A stretch of 32,000 nt of DNA, taken from Candidatus Baldrarchaeota archaeon. Lineage in GTDB: Archaea > Asgardarchaeota > Baldrarchaeia > Baldrarchaeales > DXJG01. The notes under the pieces are model-generated. The model saw only the letters and a program-made list of their open reading frames with translations. It was not told where the DNA came from and did not search any database. This document shows, piece by piece, positions 16,816 through 26,190 of this stretch. The DNA lies in contig DXJG01000002.1 in NCBI GenBank assembly GCA_019056805.1, positions 283,103-315,102 of the forward strand, written 5' to 3'. Each line of letters begins with the position of its first letter. The stretch's first letter is position 1. The position numbers and the translations under genes are program-made.

Positions 16816-17268
16816 TTAAGTTGGTTTCTTATATTTTCTTATTTTTATTCCTGCTTCTTTTAATATCTCTTTTGCCAGTTCATCCTCATATTCGTCATCA
16901 TAAATAACTTCTTTGATTTCCGCATTAATAATTAATTTAGCGCAAACAACACAAGGATATGTCGTTGTGTAGAGAGTTGCTCCCCTAGTGCTTACGCCAA
17001 AAACAGCAGCTTGCACAATAGCATTTTGTTCAGCATGTAATCCACGGCATAGTTCCTGTCTCTCTCCCGACGGAACTTTCATTTTCTCTCTAAGACAACC
17101 TACAACTTCGCAATGCGGTAAGCCTTTTGGCGTACCGTTATACCCTGTGGCTAAGATTCTTCTTTCTTTGACAAGTACTGCACCCACTTTTCTTCTTAAG
17201 CACGTTGATCTTTCTTTAACTAGATGTGCTATTTTCATGAAGTATTCGTCCCAGCTTGGCCGTTTCAC
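16816..17268 (-). CDS. dCMP deaminase (ComEB family)
   Basis: [29 protein letters not shown] and PCVVC. Likely GTG start at 17268 with GAAGGTGA SD. Confidence 0.9.
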   Translation of the reverse strand: MKRPSWDEYFMKIAHLVKERSTCLRRKVGAVLVKERRILATGYNGTPKGLPHCEVVGCLREKMKVPSGERQELCRGLHAEQNAIVQAAVFGVSTRGATLYTTTYPCVVCAKLIINAEIKEVIYDDEYEDELAKEILKEAGIKIRKYKKPT

Positions 17269-17469
17269 ACGCTCACCTTCTCCTACCGAAGATAAGAAAT
17301 TTACAATCTTAACCATAGGAGGAGGGTCTGCAAAATATATAAACTTTAATATCCTTGTAGCGATGGTTAAAATTGATTCACACGAAATTTCCAATTTGAT
17401 TGAGAATTACAATTTTAGCTTCTATATTAAGTTAACATTTGTATCTGAAAATAAATGAGGTGGTATTTC

Positions 17470-18837
17470 ATGTTGAGAGGAAGGAAGATTCCATGCGCGT
17501 TGACAATAGCTGGCTCAGATTCAGGAGGGGGTGCAGGTATCCAAGCGGATTTAAAAACCTTTGCAGCTTTAGGAGTTCATGGAATGTCAGCTATAACTGC
17601 AATAACTGCTCAAAATACCGTTGAGGTAACGGCAGTCCACCCAGTCCCGCCTGAAATAGTGAAGCAGCAAATTGAAGCTGTTGCCACGGACATTGGTGTA
17701 GATGCTGCAAAAACAGGTATGCTCTATTCAACCGAAATTATCAAAGTAGTTGTTGAAGAGGTAAAAACGCATGGATTTCCTGTAGTTGTTGATCCTGTGA
17801 TGATTGCGAAAAGTGGGGCTTCTTTACTTAGAGAGGATGCGAAAAGAACATTAATAAATGAGTTAATTCCGTTGGCAACAGTTGTAACTCCAAATGCGAT
17901 GGAAGCCCAAGAAATAACTGGCATAAAAATTCAAGACATAAAAGATGCCGAGCTTGCGGCTAGGAAAATAGCTGAACTAGGTGCAAAATCGGTAGTAGTT
18001 AAAGGCGGACATATATTACAAGGCGGAAAGGCGGTAGATGTACTTTACTATGATGGGAAATATCATTATTTTGAAAGTGAACGATTAGAATCAAAAACAA
18101 CTCACGGTACAGGATGTAGTTTTGCAGCCGCTATAGCAGCCGAACTTGCAAAAGGAAAAAATATACCAGAAGCCGTTGAAGTAGCCAAAAAAGTTGTAAA
18201 TATGGGTATCAAATTTGGCTTAAACATTGGTAGAGGCTTCGGACCTGTAAACCCTATGGCTGAGCTTTACAAAGAAGCTTCCAAATATAAAGTTTTGAAA
18301 AATGTTAAAGAGGCAATAAAACTTCTTGAATACAACCCTGAAGTTTCTAATCTAGTTCCAGAGGTTAGAATGAACCTTGTCATGGCTCTACCGTACGCTG
18401 AGACTTTAGACGACATTGTAGGAGTTGATGGCCGTATCACCATAGTGAATGGAAGAGCTAAGGCGGCTGCCTGCCCGGAATTTGGAGTTTCGCGACATCT
18501 TGCTAAATACGTTTTAACTGCTATGAAGTACGATTCTTCAATTAGAGCAGCGATAAATATCAGATACTCCATGGATATCCTAAATATTTGTAAAAAACTT
18601 GGATTATCTGTGTCATTTTATGATCGAAGAAAGGAACCTGAAGAAATCAAAAAGATTGAGGGGATGTCGGTGCCTTGGGGAGTGGAGCAAGCAATAAAAA
18701 GTATTGGAAAGGTTCCTAACGTCATTTATCATGAAGGTGATTGGGGCAAAGAGCCAATGATAGTCTTACTCGGTGAAAACGCTATAAATGTTGCTAAACT
18801 CGCTATTAAAATTGCCAAGAACTTAGTAAAATCATGA
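17470..18837 (+). CDS. thiDN: bifunctional HMP/HMP-P kinase - thiamine-phosphate synthase (ThiD-ThiN)
   Basis: [26 protein letters not shown] and HGTGC, followed by a ThiN domain (VPEVRMN, FGVSRH, AAINIRY). GAGGTG SD before ATG 17470. Confidence 0.93.
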   Translation: MLRGRKIPCALTIAGSDSGGGAGIQADLKTFAALGVHGMSAITAITAQNTVEVTAVHPVPPEIVKQQIEAVATDIGVDAAKTGMLYSTEIIKVVVEEVKTHGFPVVVDPVMIAKSGASLLREDAKRTLINELIPLATVVTPNAMEAQEITGIKIQDIKDAELAARKIAELGAKSVVVKGGHILQGGKAVDVLYYDGKYHYFESERLESKTTHGTGCSFAAAIAAELAKGKNIPEAVEVAKKVVNMGIKFGLNIGRGFGPVNPMAELYKEASKYKVLKNVKEAIKLLEYNPEVSNLVPEVRMNLVMALPYAETLDDIVGVDGRITIVNGRAKAAACPEFGVSRHLAKYVLTAMKYDSSIRAAINIRYSMDILNICKKLGLSVSFYDRRKEPEEIKKIEGMSVPWGVEQAIKSIGKVPNVIYHEGDWGKEPMIVLLGENAINVAKLAIKIAKNLVKS

Positions 18838-18970
18838 AAATATTTAGTATAACTTCATTTTATAACGCAATAAACATTGTTCAGTTTACCGAAGCAGATA
18901 GATTATAAATAAACTCGGAAGATTTAAATCACCTCTTTTATTCTTAAGGGCAGAAACTTCGCATAGAGAG

Positions 18971-19516
18971 GTGAAAGAAGTGTCCTATAAGAGCGTCAAT
19001 GTAAAACAAGTTTCGCTTGCAGCAATGCTAATTGCACTAGGTGTAATTCTCGCGCCTATGTTCTGGTTTCCTTTCCTTACAACAAAAGCTTACCCGGGTC
19101 AACATATGATAAATGTTTTAGCAGGCATATTGTTGGGACCTCTCTGGGCAGCATTCATAGCCTTTTGCATCGGAATAATTAGAATGAGCATAGGTATAGG
19201 AACCATATATTCCATGCCTGGAGGAATACCAGGGGGAATAATTGTAGGATTCTTTTACTGGTTATTCAAAAAGTTTAAGATAAAATACCCGGAAATTGCG
19301 GCATTTACAGAGCCAATAGGCACCGTAATCATAGGAGGAACACTAGCAGTACTACTTGTAGCACCATTAATTGGAGATGTAAGGTTAATAGGAGCTCCGC
19401 TTCTTCTACTTTGGACAGGATGGGCTGTTAGCTCTGTTCCAGGATGTATACTAGGATTTATCGTAGTGGAGGTCCTTAGACTTGCAGGAATTACCAGAGA
19501 AACTTTCCGTGAATGA
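18971..19516 (+). CDS. thiW: ECF transporter S component ThiW (thiazole)
   Basis: AYPGQHMINVLAGILLGP, PGGIPG and EPIGT motifs; hydrophobic. Confidence 0.88.
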   Translation: MKEVSYKSVNVKQVSLAAMLIALGVILAPMFWFPFLTTKAYPGQHMINVLAGILLGPLWAAFIAFCIGIIRMSIGIGTIYSMPGGIPGGIIVGFFYWLFKKFKIKYPEIAAFTEPIGTVIIGGTLAVLLVAPLIGDVRLIGAPLLLLWTGWAVSSVPGCILGFIVVEVLRLAGITRETFRE

Positions 19517-20069
19517 AATATTGGGAAGGAAAATACTGATAGTAGGAGATGTAGGAACTGGAAAAACAGCATTTACAGCTCAAATACTTAAAAAACTTAT
19601 TGATTCCGGATTAAAAAATGAAATTACAGTTATCGATATGGCTCCAAAAACTCTTTTTTTCTCTGGCAAACGAATTGGTGGAAGATTAGATGAATACACT
19701 AATCTTGTTAAAAAAGTAAAATATCTAGTTCCTACCGTTGTATATCCTCCTAGATTAGCCTCTAAAAACAGTAAAGAGCTTTTATATTTTGCAGAGGAAA
19801 ATTTAAGAAACATAGATCCCCTTATCAACAAATATCTAAAGAATCCAACTAAAATTCTCATAATTAATGACATCTCCATATATTTTCACGCAGGCGACCT
19901 ATCCAAGATACTTCAATGTATAAGTAAAGCTAAAACTTTCATAGCTAACAGTTATTATGGTGAAACTTTAAAGAACGATTTTGGAACGGGAATATCACGT
20001 AGAGAAAGAACCTTAATAGAGAAATTAATGAAATATATGGACAAAATAATTATGTTAAAGAAATATTAA
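19509..20069 (+). CDS. small uncharacterised P-loop NTPase
   Basis: Walker A ILIVGDVGTGKT, VIDMAP, and ILIINDISIY (Walker B-like). The GTG start overlaps the thiW stop. Confidence 0.75.
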   Translation: MNEILGRKILIVGDVGTGKTAFTAQILKKLIDSGLKNEITVIDMAPKTLFFSGKRIGGRLDEYTNLVKKVKYLVPTVVYPPRLASKNSKELLYFAEENLRNIDPLINKYLKNPTKILIINDISIYFHAGDLSKILQCISKAKTFIANSYYGETLKNDFGTGISRRERTLIEKLMKYMDKIIMLKKY

Positions 20070-20348
20070 ATTGTTTTTAAGATTATTTTTAGAATTTAAT
20101 TAAAGTCATTTCTCCATGGAACATTGCAATTTGATTGAAAGAACTATATAAACAAATTTTAGTTGGAAAATAACTGGTCGTTTAGAGAGCATAAAGAACA
20201 TCTTATCAAATTTGACGTAATATAAGCCTTCGTAAATTGAAAAATTGGCAAAGTCTTAATACCGAAAATCAATAAAATAATTTATGGGGATGAAGAAAAA
20301 TTACTATGTACTTTTAAGTTAAAATCCTTAACTGTTAATTATCGATCG

Positions 20349-20927
20349 GTGATGGATATGAAGGTTTTAAACAAATTTATTGAAGAACTACTGAAACAAA
20401 CGCTTGAAAACATCAAAAAAATTGACGAAGAACAGGTTGAGAATGTTTTAAAAACATTGCAGAGTGCCAAACGAGTAATAACTGTTGGCATGGGTAGGTC
20501 TGCAGTAGTAGCAAGAGATTTTGCCATCAGACTTCTACAAGCAGGGTTTAATGTCTTAACGATTAGGGAAGATTTAATAGGGCTTACTCCTGTGATAAAA
20601 GGTAGGGACGATGTAGTCGTTGCTATTTCTGGATCCGGAGAAACGGAAGAAGTAATAACAATCTGTAAAGTTGCTAAGGAGAAAGGGGCAAAAGTAATTG
20701 CGGTAACATCTTTTCCAGACTCTAGACTGGGAAAACTAGCAGATCATATACTTTACATTGGTGGTAGAACGAAAAGGTGGAAATACAGAGACTTCTTAGA
20801 AAGAGAAGTTGAGGGAGAAAGAGAACCTATTTCGCCCTCAGGGTCTCTCTTCGAAGTAAGTTCAATCATAGTATTAGAAGGGTTGGTAGCAGAGCTTGTT
20901 TATTTAAAACAAGGTAGTGGAGGCTAA
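20349..20927 (+). CDS. hxlB: SIS-domain 6-phospho-3-hexuloisomerase-like protein (paralog 1)
   Basis: GMGRS, ISGSGET, AVTSFPDSRLGKLAD and SPSGSLFE. Confidence 0.8.
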   Translation: MMDMKVLNKFIEELLKQTLENIKKIDEEQVENVLKTLQSAKRVITVGMGRSAVVARDFAIRLLQAGFNVLTIREDLIGLTPVIKGRDDVVVAISGSGETEEVITICKVAKEKGAKVIAVTSFPDSRLGKLADHILYIGGRTKRWKYRDFLEREVEGEREPISPSGSLFEVSSIIVLEGLVAELVYLKQGSGG

Positions 20928-21471
20928 AACATTGGGAAAAGTTAAGGAAACTATGAAAAAAATCCTACAGCTTTCAAATGAAGTAATAAGTGAATTAGAC
21001 AGTCTAACAGTTGAGAACTTTATTGAACAGTTAAATAAGGCTAAACGAGTATATACAGTCGGAGTGGGGTCACTTGGACTTATTGTTAAAGGATTTGTCA
21101 CAAAACTTATGTACCTAGGTTATGAAACTTACTTCATAGGCGAAACACTCATGCCGTCTCCCAGCAAGGATGATCTTCTCATAGCAGTATCAGAGAGTGG
21201 CGAAACAGACTACACGGTAAAGGCAACTCATATTGCAAAAAATCTCGGAGCAACCATCGTAGCTATAACATCCAATTCACAATCAACTCTGGGGAAACTA
21301 GCAGATCTAAACATAGAAATTAAATGGAAAGAACCGTCATCTAAAGAGAGGGGAGAATTAAAAGAAAGTACAGGTGAGATCTTAACACTTGACTCAAGCT
21401 TATTTGAAATTGCAACACTCGTGTTCTTAAACGCTATTGCCTCTGAACTAGCTAATAAACATCGAAAATAG
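20917..21471 (+). CDS. SIS-domain PHI-like protein (degenerate paralog 2)
   Basis: GVGSLG, IGETLMP, VSESGET, ITSNSQSTLGKLAD and SSLFE. Confidence 0.75.
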   Translation: MEAKTLGKVKETMKKILQLSNEVISELDSLTVENFIEQLNKAKRVYTVGVGSLGLIVKGFVTKLMYLGYETYFIGETLMPSPSKDDLLIAVSESGETDYTVKATHIAKNLGATIVAITSNSQSTLGKLADLNIEIKWKEPSSKERGELKESTGEILTLDSSLFEIATLVFLNAIASELANKHRK

Positions 21472-21490
21472 AGAAAAGAATAGAAACAAA

Positions 21491-22828
21491 TCAACTATAT
21501 GCATATACTTTTTCTTCTAGGATTTCTATGATCTTTGATATATTAACCCTTTCTTGAACACCAGTTTTCATATTTTTTAAAACTACGAAACCTTCCTTAA
21601 GATCTTTCGGACCTACAATAATTACAAAAGGAATGTTTCTCTTATCAGCATACTCAAGAGACTTATCCAGCTTACGTCCCATTAACTCTACATCGGTAGC
21701 GATGTTTGCCCGTCTCAATTTTTGCGCAATTTTCATAGCTTCCAATCTTGCTTCTTCCTTTACAGGAGTAACATAAACCTTAGTTAACGTTTCCTCAACC
21801 TTCAAAACCTTATCATCCAATACTTCCATAATTCTCTCCACACCTAACGAAACACCCGTAGCAGGAACATGAGAACCACCATAAAGCTCAATTAAATTAT
21901 CATATCTACCTCCTCCAGCAATTGCAAGTCTAAACGGTTCTCCACCAACTTCCCCTTTCAAAATATATTCAAAAATAGGACCAGTATAATAATCTAGACC
22001 TCTCACAATACTCAAATCAATCTTAACATACTTACGAACATCATAAGCTTCTAAAATATTCAGAATACTTACTAATTCTTCTATACCCTCTTCCCCTATC
22101 TTTGACCCTCTCAAAAGACTTCTAGCCTTCTCAAGCACATCCATATCTTCACCAGTTATTGAAATAAACTCCAGTAGCTTCTCAGAAATTTCTCTAGATA
22201 CACCTCTTAAAGAAAGCTCTTTCATAACTCCTTCTAATCCTATTTTATCCAACTTATCAATAGCTCTAAATACATCTAAAACTTTGTCAGCGGGAACACC
22301 TACCTTAAGAGCCATACCTTCCAAAATTTTCCTGTTATTAAGTCTAACTTCGATATTCTTTAACCCTAAAGCCATAAGAGCATCTACAGCAACAGCAATT
22401 ACTTCAGCATCTGCATCAGGTAAAGATGAACCTGCAATATCCGCATCGGCCTGCCAAAACTCACGATATCTACCAGTTTGCGGTCTTTCATACCTCCAAA
22501 CACGCGCAATACAATACCTCTTAAAAGGCTTGGGAAGATTAGGATTTTGTGCTACAACTCTAGCGAAAGGCACGGTTAAATCAAACCTTAAACCCACGTC
22601 ACGCCCGCCTTTATCTTTAAATTTAAATATTTGCCTTTCTACATCTTCTCCACATTTTCTAGACAAAACTTCCCAGTATTCAATTGCAGGGGTTTCTAAA
22701 GGTTCAAATCCGTAACTTTCAAAAGTTTCCCTTATAATACGAAGCACCTTCTCTCTCCTTATCATCTCTTGCGGCAAGAAGTCTCTCATACCCCTTAAAG
22801 TCCTAAATTCCTTCAAGACACTCACCAT
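21491..22828 (-). CDS. hisS: histidyl-tRNA synthetase
   Basis: RGMRDFLP, LRFDLTVP, RYERPQTGRYREFWQ, RGLDYYTG, GGGRYD and C-terminal anticodon-binding domain. Confidence 0.96.
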   Translation of the reverse strand: MVSVLKEFRTLRGMRDFLPQEMIRREKVLRIIRETFESYGFEPLETPAIEYWEVLSRKCGEDVERQIFKFKDKGGRDVGLRFDLTVPFARVVAQNPNLPKPFKRYCIARVWRYERPQTGRYREFWQADADIAGSSLPDADAEVIAVAVDALMALGLKNIEVRLNNRKILEGMALKVGVPADKVLDVFRAIDKLDKIGLEGVMKELSLRGVSREISEKLLEFISITGEDMDVLEKARSLLRGSKIGEEGIEELVSILNILEAYDVRKYVKIDLSIVRGLDYYTGPIFEYILKGEVGGEPFRLAIAGGGRYDNLIELYGGSHVPATGVSLGVERIMEVLDDKVLKVEETLTKVYVTPVKEEARLEAMKIAQKLRRANIATDVELMGRKLDKSLEYADKRNIPFVIIVGPKDLKEGFVVLKNMKTGVQERVNISKIIEILEEKVYAYS

Positions 22829-23030
22829 CTTGGCAAACTTAACAATTAAATATACAATCCATATTTAAACTTCAAGCTATTCAATACGATCAGCATCAAG
22901 AAGACAAATAAAGCGTATAAAATTACCTAGTCAAATTAAAAAGTGAGAAATAATATCACCAATCTATAAAATCGAAATAATATCCATAGATGGGAGAGAC
23001 GTTTTATTCTAAAAATGTTCATGGTAAATT

Positions 23031-23444
23031 CTATTCTCCGATCACTTGAACTATTAATCGTCTAGACCTAGGTCTTACATCTAATTCGACGAACACTATT
23101 TGTTGCCAAGTCCCTAAAGTTAATGTTCCACCCACAATAGGCACCGACAAACTAGGACCTAGAATAGAGGCTCTCAGATGACTATGACCGTTAATAGGAT
23201 GTCTATAATGTCCAGTTTTTGGTACAAGTTTCTCTAAAATATCTTTAAAATCTTGAATAAGATTAGGTTCAAACTCTATCGTTGTAATAGCACCAGTTGC
23301 ACCTGGAATAAATATCGTAGCTACACCGTTCTTTATCCCAGAATCTCTAACAATATCTTCAACCATCCTAGTAATATCTACAATATCAATCTCACCTTTA
23401 GTATTAATTCGAATCTCATTTTTTACAACTTTCACCTCTTGCAC
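23031..23444 (-). CDS. yjbQ: YjbQ/UPF0047 family protein
   Basis: TGAITTIEFE, NGHSHLRASILG and LGTWQQIVFVELD. Confidence 0.9.
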   Translation of the reverse strand: MQEVKVVKNEIRINTKGEIDIVDITRMVEDIVRDSGIKNGVATIFIPGATGAITTIEFEPNLIQDFKDILEKLVPKTGHYRHPINGHSHLRASILGPSLSVPIVGGTLTLGTWQQIVFVELDVRPRSRRLIVQVIGE

Positions 23445-24105
23445 CCCTTTTTAATTTATGATAAAATGCACAAAACTTTGAGATAGAACATTTATCACAT
23501 AAAGGTTTCCCGCTCTTACAAACATTTCTGCCATGCATGATCAAGAGCACATGGGCAACAGCATATTTCTCATGAGGAAGACCTTTTTCCCAAGCACGTC
23601 TAATATCTTCATACCCCGCCTTATCTCCAACTATTCCAATTCTCTTAGAAATTCTCACAATATGCGTGTCAACAGGGAAAACAGGTTTGCCGGCGGCGAA
23701 CAATAAAACAACATCAGCAGTCTTAAAACCGACTCCAGGAAGACCCAGAAACTCCTTTCTAGCCTCATTTAAAGACAAATTTAAAATTCTATTTAAATCG
23801 CCGCCAAATCTCTCTACTATAACCTTAGCAATTTCTTTAATCCTAACACTTTTCATATTGTACAAACCAGCAATTCTAATGCATTCTTTAATATCTTCAA
23901 TACTAGCCTTGGCGAGGGCATACGGGCTAATTCCAATTTTATTTTCCAATCTTTCGATTGCTTCTTTTACATTCATCCAATTAGTTCTTTGAGAAAGAAT
24001 TGTAGAAATCAATATTTTAAATGGATCGCGTGTTTCCCATCTCCAAGGAACATATATTTTCTCCAAAACTCTAACGATACTGCTCAAATTCTTTTTGTCT
24101 TCCAT
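23416..24105 (-). CDS. nth: endonuclease III (HhH-GPD, 4Fe-4S)
   Basis: LISTILSQRT, LPGVGFKTAD, VDTH and CxxxxxxCxxCxxxxxC. Start placed at ATG 24105. Confidence 0.9.
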   Translation of the reverse strand: MEDKKNLSSIVRVLEKIYVPWRWETRDPFKILISTILSQRTNWMNVKEAIERLENKIGISPYALAKASIEDIKECIRIAGLYNMKSVRIKEIAKVIVERFGGDLNRILNLSLNEARKEFLGLPGVGFKTADVVLLFAAGKPVFPVDTHIVRISKRIGIVGDKAGYEDIRRAWEKGLPHEKYAVAHVLLIMHGRNVCKSGKPLCDKCSISKFCAFYHKLKRGARGESCKK

Positions 24106-24255
24106 TGCAACACCACGCAAAGATAATAAATAACATTACACACACTTAAATTAATAACATAACAACATCATAATACATTCTATATCAAAATAGACTCGTA
24201 TTCGAACTGTACAGTTCCTTGCAATTAAAACTAAATTAAAGTGTGGAAGAGAATA

Positions 24256-25104
24256 ATGTACCAAATCATATCACTCTTAATTCTCACTGTACTCGGCATA
24301 TTTTCTCTTGTTCATGGTCTTGAATCTGAAACTAGGAAAGATAAAAGAGAAATATTTTCTTCTCTGCTTGCAGCCTTTATACTTTTCTATCTAGCACTTT
24401 ATATTTACCTAAATTTTACAAATCTAATTTTATTGACTATAACTCTAAGTATACCCATAACTATTATTTCTGTCCTATTTCTGAATATCCTTAAACCTCC
24501 AATTCAAAAATTAAAGTCACATGTAGAAAAATACGTAAAGGATAGCAAAACAAGAGAAGTACTTCGAAAATTCTTTCATCTTCTCTCCTTAATTCTCATT
24601 ATAACCTACACATACCTGGGCGAAGAAATAACTATCCAAATAACCTACCTTGCTCTTATTTTTTTCTATCTCACAGATATCCTAAGATTTTGGATGCCAA
24701 AATATTACCCCTTTTCGGTTATAGCTGACCTAGTTTTAAGAAAGGAAGAAACACAAAAAATAGGGCCTCACACCTACTATGTTATTAGTACAAGCTTAAC
24801 CCTCGTGTTATTTTCCACCTATACGGCTGTAATTGCACTGATGGCAGCAGCTATAGGGGATGCTTCAGCAGCGATAGTAGGGAAAACCGTAGGGAAACAT
24901 AAATTACCGTGGAAAAAGGAAAAAACCGTAGAAGGGTCAATAGCAGCTTTTGCAACAACTTTCATTGCTCTCACTCCATTTATAACTATAGAAAAAGCTT
25001 TACTAGGAGCATTACTACTCTTAACCATAGACATCATAGATCCGCCTATAAATGACAATCTTATCAATGGAATAGCGATAGCAACAGGTATAACATTATT
25101 ATAG
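24256..25104 (+). CDS. CTP-dependent polyprenol/diacylglycerol kinase family membrane protein (dolichol/phytol kinase-like)
   Basis: RKFFHL, GDASAAIVGK, KTVEGSIA and DNL motifs; multiple TM helices. Confidence 0.85.
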   Translation: MYQIISLLILTVLGIFSLVHGLESETRKDKREIFSSLLAAFILFYLALYIYLNFTNLILLTITLSIPITIISVLFLNILKPPIQKLKSHVEKYVKDSKTREVLRKFFHLLSLILIITYTYLGEEITIQITYLALIFFYLTDILRFWMPKYYPFSVIADLVLRKEETQKIGPHTYYVISTSLTLVLFSTYTAVIALMAAAIGDASAAIVGKTVGKHKLPWKKEKTVEGSIAAFATTFIALTPFITIEKALLGALLLLTIDIIDPPINDNLINGIAIATGITLL

Positions 25105-25200
25105 TCAACTTAACAACCCTATGATTCTCATGAACTTCTATAATGTAGCAATTTAATTTGTAAGTATCTTTCAGAGTTAACAAAAAAGTTAGTAGAGAGG

Positions 25201-25952
25201 ATGCTAGAAAGATTGTAAATTGTATTAGAAAAGAACTGGAAGAGGAAGACGAGCTGAGAGAGAAAATTTATTCCGCTGTAGTTTTTGGATCCTTTGCGAG
25301 AGGAGACTTTATCTCTGGGGTTAGTGATTTAGATTTCTATGTAGTTTTTAATAATATGAGCAATGTTGAGATTGAGAGAGCTGTAGAATTGATGCATAAT
25401 ATTATTAGAAAATGTGAAAAGGAACATAAGATGGAGGGATTCGTTGACTTTGCCTGGAGCCTCCTCAGCGAAATAGAAGACCCACTTAAGAAAGGATACC
25501 CCTTTAAGTTCCTTACAATATATGTTGACGATTTTATTGAGAATCACATAATCATATATGGTGAGGATTTCACATCAAGAATTAGAAGGTACGATTTTAA
25601 CAAGCTTGTCTGTTGGAGAATTAAAAGAATAAAAGAATTGTTAAAGGCTAGGAGTCAGGATTTAAAAATGATAAAGATTATTTGCGGTGAAGCACTAAGA
25701 CTGCTAGCTTTGGCCTATGGAGCCAAGAATTTATCTAAGAAAGAGATAGCTCATGTTTTGGATAACTTAGTTCCAGAATTTCCCACAAAAACATATACAC
25801 TGAGGATATGGAAGTATTATTTGAAAGGCAAAGAATTAGATGAAGAACTCATTAATTTCATTCCTAAAACTATGGGTGAAGCGTTAAAGCTTGTAAGTGT
25901 AAAGTTTAATTGTCAACATGAAGCTAAGAACCAAGCCACAAGAAAGATGTAA
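25201..25952 (+). pseudogene. DNA pol beta-family (MNT-like) nucleotidyltransferase with a 5' frameshift or missing start
   Basis: The frame of the called ORF (25356) is open back to 25164 and encodes VFGSFARGDFISGVSDLDF, but has no in-frame ATG/GTG/TTG there. ATG 25201 is out of frame by one base. Confidence 0.7.
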
Positions 25953-26190
25953 AAACACAAGAACGAGTAGGAAGATAAGACTACATTATCCTTTCCTTCC
26001 ACATAATAAGTTGACAACTCATCTTACGTAATCTTTAAATAATAATTAAAAAGTTCAATTCTAACCGTAAACCCTATTCCGCTCACGTCATTAAGAGATA
26101 ACAAGTCATTATATGACTTCGAATTTTATGAAATCACAAACCTTAAAATCATTACATTCAAAATAAAACTATAAGACGGGAGTGAAACAC

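Noticed and set aside
18838-18970. TPP riboswitch upstream of thiW or thiDN
   Set aside because: No CUGAGA or other TPP aptamer core is visible.
22701-22711. GGTTCAAATCC T-loop-like sequence
   Set aside because: It lies inside hisS with no cloverleaf around it. No tRNA or rRNA genes were found in the window.
25121-25211. Second BHB intron repairing the nucleotidyltransferase start
   Set aside because: No 4-bp helix flanked by 3-nt bulges could be built; a 1-nt indel explains it more simply.
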